DNA from: Lophium mytilinum
Lineage: Eukaryota
Assembly (NCBI GenBank): GCA_010093605.1
Contig: MU004188.1
Span: 2,185,918 to 2,239,608, forward strand
Reading direction: 5' to 3'
DNA: 53,691 bases
How positions within the stretch are numbered: position 1 is the first letter of the stretch; every line of letters starts with the position of its first letter. The notes beneath the pieces were generated by a model. It ran no database searches. It saw only the letters and a program-made list of their open reading frames with translations, and was not told the origin of the DNA. Of this stretch, positions 46,201 to 53,691 are shown in pieces. Made by a program: the position numbers and the translations under genes.

Positions 46201-49200
46201 ATTGAGATGAGTCGTCACGCTGCAACCTCATGAGCGGGGATTTTCAGGTAGGTCCTAGGGGTCAAGTCTTCTCTTCTTGTTGGTACAAAACTTGAGAATG
46301 CGCAACGAGTGCTGCAGTCCGTGAAGCATCAAGTGGTAGTTGGACTTCTCCACCCGACTACTCCCCGACCGTAAGTCACTTATCGCGATGTGGTTCGAGG
46401 AGTAGATAGCTTAAGAGGAACTTGGACCGCTCGATCGGCGAATGATAGACGCGTAGGATCGTTGACGTTCATATTATCCCTTGGAGCACATCAAGGCTGA
46501 TGTTTGCTGCATTCACTTGGCCCGCCTCCGCTCTATGGCCTGGGCGGCTCTTTCACCCGCTTGAATTCAATAGCGAGCTCATGCTGGAATATACTGCTAG
46601 AACTGATTTTGTCTCGGAGCACTGTCGGGCCATTTTTTGTGATTTTGGGCATTCTTGGTTCTCCTCAAAAATGCCGTCAACAACAGCGTCGTGGTCCTAT
46701 TCCAAACTAAGCCGCTGAATGCAAGACCAGAGGGATTTCTAAGTTTCTCACACAAATCGAACTCTGCTGCTGTACTTGTCTGCTGAAGGTCATCTTCCAG
46801 CTCTGTTTCCAGTCCCTCGACCATGGAAGGACCTCAACGACCGTCTAGATTCAGCGGTGCACACTGCATATCGACCCCCAGCTATATATACGGCTGATTC
46901 TCTGAAAGCTACCGAGTTCTCGACGTTGGTGGGGTACGTTGCTTCGCTCCAATCAAGGAAAGGGGGCAGGTCAGATTGAGGAGAGACTGGGAGAACCGGC
47001 GACAAATGCTTCGACCGGAGAAGCTGCGGATGCTTTGGAGTCATCGACGAGAGTGGAACACTCCTGAGGCATCTCGGAGCGTGCGAACCGTGGTATTCTG
47101 AGTCGAGGGTGCCCGCGGCCTTCACGAACGAGTTTTCTCGCCCCTCTGCCCACTTCCCCCAGCAGTCCTCTTTCTCCCTGAAGGAGTTACCGACGCGTAG
47201 CCTTATTGGCGCATGGACTCCATATGGCTGTGGAGATGCTGCTTCTGGTTCGAGTCGCGTGTCACGAGCTTCACATGCTCCGCAACTACATTCGACGATC
47301 TTCAGGCCCTGCTCCATCATTGGAGATCCCTCTCCTCCTCGCTCGATGGTGAGCTGTCAACGCACCGCCCAAAGAGCAGACAGCTTGTGGAGTTCAGGCA
47401 GAGGGTTCAAAATTGACCGAAAGTCTTCTAGTACGGAGTGTAGATGTTGTCCCGTTCTTGAGTCTTGGGGGTTGCGATCTGTGTTCAGGCAGTCACGTCT
47501 CACCAACGAGAGCAGCCAGAAGATTGATTCCTACCTCGAATCACTCTACACCTACAGTGTGCAACAAATCGAAGAGCCTCTCTGTGCTTGCCATTGTATA
47601 GATTCGGATTCTGCCGCATCCTGCATTTCGATGTCACGAGCCGTAGCGATTGCTTCGAGACTGACTCGCACTCCAGCTTTACAAGACTCTCGCCACCGGC
47701 GCACGCATCGGAACACGTTCCTGAAAGCCAGAAGTGTCCCTATCGTGGGAATGGTGCGTGTGTTCCACGTCCACTGCTCCTATCTTCGTCTCGTGCTTAC
47801 TCCATCAACCAGCGATCCTCGCAGGCGCGCAAGCCAACACCAATCTATTCCGAGATCGGACGTCGCGCGGACGATTCGTATGGCTTTCGGTTTGAGCTCC
47901 TCGAGTGTTGACCGTCGCACGCAGTGTCCGTTGCCCTCCGTCGCCCTTTGTTGAACCTGGCTGTGCCTCCTGCTACAACTACCTCCAACCGACGCTTCTC
48001 ACGAGCGCCCCAATACGAACACTTCCAATACGCGGAGGTCTAGTCATGGTTACTCGAGGATATGGAGTCCCCCTCAACAGCTGCGAGTAGTGTTTCATGC
48101 ATCCGCCGCTCTGTATCATCTGATCGCGTCTCGATGACCGTTCAGTCCCCTCAGGCGCTTACCAACCTCCACTACGTCTTACCCCCAATATGCGGACACC
48201 ACTGGAAGGGATGTCGAGCCCGTACGATCTGCAAGATGTCAGGTCGAGCTCGTCCAATACCACTCAATCGATCGCGGACTCGCTCACGACCAGCGTGCGA
48301 GACCTCCCTTTTGGCGCTGACAAAACACCACCACCGCTAGCACCTCCGAGCGGATAGCTCTCCCGTGGCCCAGCAGGTCCCTCAAGAAAGATTGGAAAGA
48401 TTTACTGCTTCCGCCTCAGTGCGACTGTGCGTTGACATGCAGCAGAAGCGCACGGAGTCCCCAACCGCGTCCGTATGCCACCTTCATGTTGCGCCCTACC
48501 AGGGGACGCAGCCCGGAAGGTTCTTGAGCTCATGGGGTTGAGCTCTTCGAGTCCTGATGAGGTCCTCGGTGCCCATCATTCTCTGCCCTGCCCAATGGCG
48601 AATCAGTCTCCTGTGTAAGCCAGCGCTACCAAATCGGCAAGGCCTCAAGTGCCATACGCACACACCTCAGGACTGTCTAACGAAGCGTAGGATGCACGCA
48701 GCTAACGGGTGGGTAGGACTGCTGCTGCTGCCGATCTCCTATTCTTAACTTCGGGCGTGCCTGCTGCAGATCCGCTGGGGCTCTCCTCTGGCGTTCACAC
48801 AGCTTCACCGCTGTCATCCGTACAAGCGGAAGTCTCGCGGAGGTTTTTGAAAAGGCATAGGATCTAGCTCATCCAATCTTGGACACGTTTACTGCTTCCG
48901 AGAGTCTCCGGTTGACTGGTGCAGCTAACGTGAGCAGACTCCCCGCTCTCGCCAGCTGACTACCAACAGGCCCAGCCTCGAAAGCGGATCCCTCGAGAAG
49001 GCATCTTGTGCTTGTAGGAAACAGTCCGCTGAAGACCTTGGGTAGGTATACTGCGTCCGTGGTCGTATGCTGCCCGTGCTCAGTCTAGCCTGGAGCGACC
49101 GCAAGAGAGATCCCTTCTGGTTCTCGAAAACAACAAGGACTCCATGCCCCCGACGCGCACACCCTTTGGAGCTTTCGGGAAGCTCTGGCATCTAGCTCGG

Positions 49201-49500
49201 AGACTACTGGGCAGGGTAGACGTTCCCGTTGTTCTCCTTTTGCCTGCGAGCTCGCCCACGGGTATTGGCGTATACTCGATCCCCTCGACGGTAGTCACAT
49301 CAATACCGCGACACGCCCGGTGGCCGGAGGTCTCTCAGAGTCTTCTTGACGACATAGCATTCAGCTCGCTCAGATTGGGGCAGATCCGCAGCTACCGCTT
49401 GTCTTTACTGTGCCAAACCGGGTGATTCTCAGGAGCTACAGCCGATAGTGAGCTCCCCCGTTTCATTTCTCAACGCACCTAAGCACAGATCCTTGCTATG
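31300..49500. other. Gene-poor subtelomeric domain of decayed coding-like sequence
   Basis: About 18 kb with no ORF carrying a recognisable family motif (longest 281 aa, GTG start). GC looks roughly balanced and TAG/CTA/CTAG are frequent by eye. Confidence 0.7.
42100..43330 (+). pseudogene. Decayed repeat/coiled-coil protein gene remnant
   Basis: Purine-rich tract. The motif GAGAAAGAYCACCTAGCxxxGGAGTYGGC (EKDHLAxExA-like) recurs near 42281, 42371, 43101 and 43177. CAAGAGGCAGAGAAAGAG occurs at ~42124 and ~42643, and a diverged duplicated block lies at ~42421 and ~42723. Confidence 0.55.
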
Positions 49501-49639
49501 CTTCTCGAATGCTTCTAGGCCCCTGAGACGTCAGCTCGCTTAGTCCTGGGTCTGGGACACTTTGCCATTCCGACTGCTCGTTACCCTGCAGCTATTCTCG
49601 CCATCAGCCACCCTTCATAGCCTGATAACGCATCCGCAC

Positions 49640-50860
49640 TCCCACTCTCCTCAGCGGACTCTCCCTGCATAACCAATGATATCGTAGCATCCAGCTCGGC
49701 CGGTATTGAAAGATCCGACTGCCTCCGCAGTTCACTGCGTACTAGTAAGCCGCCTTGCGGCGACACGAGCTAGTTCCCTCCTCAGTGTCTAGATCATCAC
49801 CATCACCCCAAGAGTGGTCAGAGGACTCTTCCCAGTTGCTTCCCGATGGCTTATCATCCAGCTCAGCGAGTGTTGAATGATGCGGCTGCCTCCGCTATAC
49901 TTTCTTTGGATGCGACTCGCCTTGCAACTACCGCGAGCCAGTTCCCTCGTTGGCTACCACATCACTACCCCAGCCCGTTGTATAGTTTGCGACATCCGGA
50001 TTAGCTAGTTCTAAGCCACCCGACTGTCTCCGCCATCCTTTCCGTGGCCGCAATTCGCCTTGCAGCTGCAGTAAGGCAATTCCGTGTCAGCGACCACAAT
50101 ACCACCCGCACCCTCGCCCTCCTGAGCGGACTGTTCCAGAAGATTGGATAATGCCATAGGATCCAGCTCAGTCAGTGTTGAAAGATCCGACTCCTTCCGC
50201 TACTCTTCCCGTGCTTGCAATTCGCTTTGCAGCCACAGCGAGCCGATTTCCTCGCGGGTGACCAGATTGCCACCACTATCCTCATGCAACTGAACGGATT
50301 TCGCCTGCGTGTTTGGGTATGTCCTAACGTCCAGCTCAGTCAGTGTTGAGCAATCTGCCAGCCTCCGCTATCTTTCGGTAGTTGCAGTTCGCTTTGCAGC
50401 CACAGCGGGCCAATTCCCTCGTGAGTGACCAAATCGACACCACCATCCTCCGGCACCTGAACGGAGCTTGTCTACGTGTTTGGACATGCTCTAACGTCCA
50501 GCTCAGTAAGTGTTGAGCGATCCGCCTGCCTCCGCTATCATATCCGTGATTGCAATTCGCCTTGCATCCTTAGCGAGCCAGCTCCTACGTGCGGATCGCC
50601 ATCGCCACCCTCAGACACCTAAACGGATCTCACCCGAGTGTTTGGGAGTGTCCGAACGTCTAGAGTAGTAAGTGTAGCAAGATCCGACTGCCTCCGCTAC
50701 CTTTTACGTGGTCCCAATCCGCTTTGCATCAACAGCGAGCCACTCAGCCAATTTCCTTGTGGGTGCGCACATTGTCACCACTACCCTCAGACTCTTGATC
50801 GGATCTCGGCTGAGTGTTTCGGAATGTCAGAAGATCCATCCAGGTCAATCTCTTAAGCTT
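49640..50860 (+). repeat. Diverged tandem array A, ~167-bp period, 7-8 units
   Basis: Core CCAGCTCAGTCAGTGTTGA..GATCCGACTGCCTCCGCTA. The CCTCCGC-like anchor lies at 49722, 49889, 50027, 50194, 50362, 50529 and 50691 (spacings 167, 138, 167, 168, 167, 162). Confidence 0.9.
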
Positions 50861-51429
50861 CCGCCGTCGTTCTACGTTCGAGTTGTAGGTAGCCACAGAA
50901 ACCCAGATCCCCCTAAAGACAACCAAAGCACCACCACCCGCCGAATACGAAGCGGAGTTCACCTAGAAGCTTAAGGACTTTGCAGAGTCTAGCATCGTCA
51001 ACGTCGAATGCTTCCGCTGGGTCCCTCATCCTGTGCTCGACTGCACGTCGTCCCGCAGCCACAGGGAACCAGTTCCCGCTGTGGACCATCAACACAGCAG
51101 TACTCGCGGACCCAGCCCCGGACGTCACCCGGGAAACTCTCAGAAGAACAGTATCTGCCTCCCACGGTGCGGAAGTCATTGCGCGCGGCCGGCGATCTAC
51201 GCTCAAGTGGGTGCGAGTCTACAGGTCTTCTCGTTGGGAATAGACATCACTACCGCTCCAAGCTCTAGGAGCGGCTATGGCTTCGAAGTTCTATTGCGAC
51301 GCACGATTCGGCTCGCGAGATATTAGAGAGACTAAGCACCGAGGTGTCTCTACGTTCACCCGCGAGTTTCCACGGCCATTGCGGTCCCGGAGCAGCTCTC
51401 GCAGTTCTCCCCACGAGCGATCGAATCAG

Positions 51430-52445
51430 CACCACTGCATACGACAAAAGCGCGAGGCGTTCAGATGATCTGGCAGACTATCTAGTTCAGCTCGTTGAGT
51501 GCGGAGAAGGTCCCCCGTGTCTGGCGCCCTACGCTTGACCTCCAGTACCGACCCTCAGCCTGCAAGAATTAGCTCCCCTAACAGGCCACCAAGCCGCTAC
51601 CACTCTACACGACAAAGGCGGGCAGGTCTCAGATGATTCAGCAGACTATCTGGTGCAGCTTGTTAACTGCTAAGGAGATCTGTTGTGTCCAAAGCATTAT
51701 GCTCGAACGCGAGTCCTGCAACACCGCCCCGCACCCTGCGAGTTAGCTCCTACATCACCGCCACGGCATACAACAAAAGCGGGAGACCTTCAGATAATCT
51801 GGCAGACTATCCGGCTCAGCTCGTTGAGTGCGGAGAAGGTCCATTGTGTCCGGCGCCCTACGCATGACTGCGAATCCGGCAGCAGCGTCCTCCAGCCAGC
51901 GAGATTTAGCTCCCCCGATAGGCCATTTAATCACCACCATAACTTACTACATCAACGGACAGCTGTTAGACGATCTTGCAGAGTATCCGGTACAGCTCGT
52001 CGAGTGGGCAGAAGGTCCCCTATGTCCAACAGATTACGCTCGAATATCGAATTCCGCAACGCCGCGCTCTAGCCTGGGAGAGTTAACTCCTCCTAAAGGC
52101 GACCACATCACGCCTCCATGCACCGGATGGGGGGCGACTTTCAGATGATCTGGAAGACCATCCGGTGCAGCTCTTTGAGTGCGCAGAAGGTCGCTTGTGT
52201 CCGACGTCCGAAATTCGATTATGAGACCAGCAACCGCCCCTCGGTGTGCGAGAGTTAGCTCTCTTGAAAGGTGAACGCATCACCACCACTCCACACAACA
52301 GAAGCAGACGCCGTTCAGATAATTCGGTAAGCCGTGCGACGCAGCTCGTCGAGTGCTGAGAAGGTCCCCTTTGTCCGACGCCTGAGATCCGACTGCGAGC
52401 CCAGTAGCCACCGCCCTTCAGTGTGCGAGATATAGCTCAGCTCCT
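51430..52445 (+). repeat. Diverged tandem array B, ~171-bp period, 6 units
   Basis: Core CAGATGATCTGGCAGACTATCCGGTxCAGCTCGTTGAGTGCGGAGAAGGTCCxxTGTGTCC at 51462, 51630, 51791, 51967, 52142 and 52316 (spacings 168, 161, 176, 175, 174). Confidence 0.92.
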
Positions 52446-53597
52446 CTCGCAGGCGACCGCCTAGCGGGAGGAGGTGCTCTCGAGATGGTGGTAAGGAAAT
52501 TCGCCGTTGAGGACGAGAAACGCGCCACAGGGAGCTAGATCTTGCGCGTGCTGACTCTTCTTCGCCCACCCTACTCCTCCTTGAGACTTCTGAGCACGAG
52601 TATGAAGCGGTTGAAGTATTTCCACGCCGGAGGGAGATCACATCCTGGTCGTAGATGAATTCGCCATCGGTGACGACAGATGCGTCCCACCGAGCCGAAT
52701 CTTGAACGAGCTAACTCTTCGAAGTCCCTACTACTCCATCGACGTCTCCAAGGATAGTCTTGACGGTAGGAGTATAACGGCGCTGGAAGGGAGCTTACTT
52801 ACTAGTCGCAAAGGAGGTCGCAATTAAGGTTGGCAGATGCGTTACGCGGATCAAAATCTTGCGCGCGGTGGGCCACCCGCAACTAATAAACGCCTTAGAG
52901 TGCCCGCGAAAGGGCGGTAACGTGCTATGGGCTTGCCGGCAGTAAGGTGGTCGGGCTATAGTGTTTGCAACCACACTCGATACTGGGCAAGGCGTGAGAG
53001 GAACCCGCGCTGGACGTAATTCAAGGCGCGGCGAGGTCAGTCCGTATGCGTCCTCGAGGGACCCAAAGGTGTCGTCTCAAGCAGTCGTGTCTTGCTAGCG
53101 CGCGCGGGAGCTCCTACACGGTGGCTGTCGTTTAGAAGTTTGGTAATCGAAGCAGCGGAGATGTTGGAAATGCCGCTTCCGCCCAACCGCGGTGCTCGTT
53201 CATCGAAGTCCTAGCGGACCAATGTTGCCACGAATAACAACTTAAGACGAAGAATAACTAAGATCCGGGAGGTTCTTCCATAGGCGAGAGAAATTAGACG
53301 AAAAATCCCAGCGGCGTAGTCTCACCATGCGACGTAGGTATTGGAGGCGCATGGGCCGAACGTGAGCTGCGAAACGGTGTAACTTAGAATTTCTTATTTA
53401 TCCTGCCAATCCCGGGGCAACTCTTATCCCCGCTTCTCTTCTAGTTCTTAAATTTGCTCTAGCTAGGGTTTGACCCCGTAGGGCCCCAAGATGCCCGCAG
53501 TATAGCAGTAGCCCGTGCCGGCCCGTAGATGTCCGTAGAGCCGAGAAAAGAAAACCCGTTGTGCCCGCCCCGGAACCGTTTGTTGCGGAGGAAAACG

Positions 53598-53691
53598 TTA
53601 GGGTTAGGGTTAGAGTTAGGGTTAGGGTTAGGGTTAGGGTTAGAGTTAGGGTTAGGGTTAGGGTTAGGGTTAGGGTTAGGGTTAGGGTTAG
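53598..53691 (+). repeat. Telomere repeat (TTAGGG)n at the chromosome end
   Basis: 15 full hexamers plus TTAG run to the end of the window with the G-rich strand pointing outward. Two variant TTAGAG units at 53610 and 53640. Confidence 0.98.

Noticed and set aside
47109..47954. 281-aa ORF in the subtelomere
   Set aside because: GTG start, Ser/Arg/Cys-rich composition typical of a non-coding frame, and no family motif.
49640..52445. CRISPR-like array (conserved cores with variable intervals)
   Set aside because: The context is eukaryotic, the cores are long and diverged, the intervening segments resemble each other rather than being unique, and there are no cas genes.
31300..53590. Telomere-linked RecQ helicase, telomeric retrotransposon or Starship captain
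   Set aside because: I could not find helicase (GxGKS, DExH, QxxGRAGR), reverse-transcriptase (YxDD) or recombinase motifs in the ORF track. A degenerate copy cannot be excluded without a frameshift-aware search.

Overview
The window is the right-hand end of a filamentous ascomycete chromosome: it has short GT-AG introns with CTAAC/CTGAC branch points and ends in a (TTAGGG)n telomere at 53598-53691. Positions 1-28.5 kb are gene-dense, with 16 apparently intact genes that I could splice into open frames by hand. In order they are a secreted alpha/beta-hydrolase, an NAD(P)-binding oxidoreductase, a compact YrdC-like / Dal5-family MFS / TauD-like dioxygenase trio, and a chimeric gene fusing a ribosomal stalk P1-like domain to an F-box-like protein. 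Next come a small secreted protein, an MFS / Zn2Cys6 / FAH-hydrolase cluster, a DUF202 / RapZ-C-like divergent pair, a DUF1275 / oxalate decarboxylase divergent pair, a HET-domain gene and GH54 arabinofuranosidase abfB. From about 29 kb to the telomere there is no intact recognisable gene. That stretch holds a disrupted zinc-knuckle/21-aa-repeat gene spanning an assembly gap, about 18 kb of decayed coding-like sequence, and a ~2.8 kb array of diverged ~170-bp repeats that appears to be a dead repeat-protein gene. The best candidates for undescribed biology are the YrdC-paralog/transporter/sulfonate-dioxygenase cluster and the P1-domain fusion protein. All family calls come from motif recognition by eye; no searches were run.
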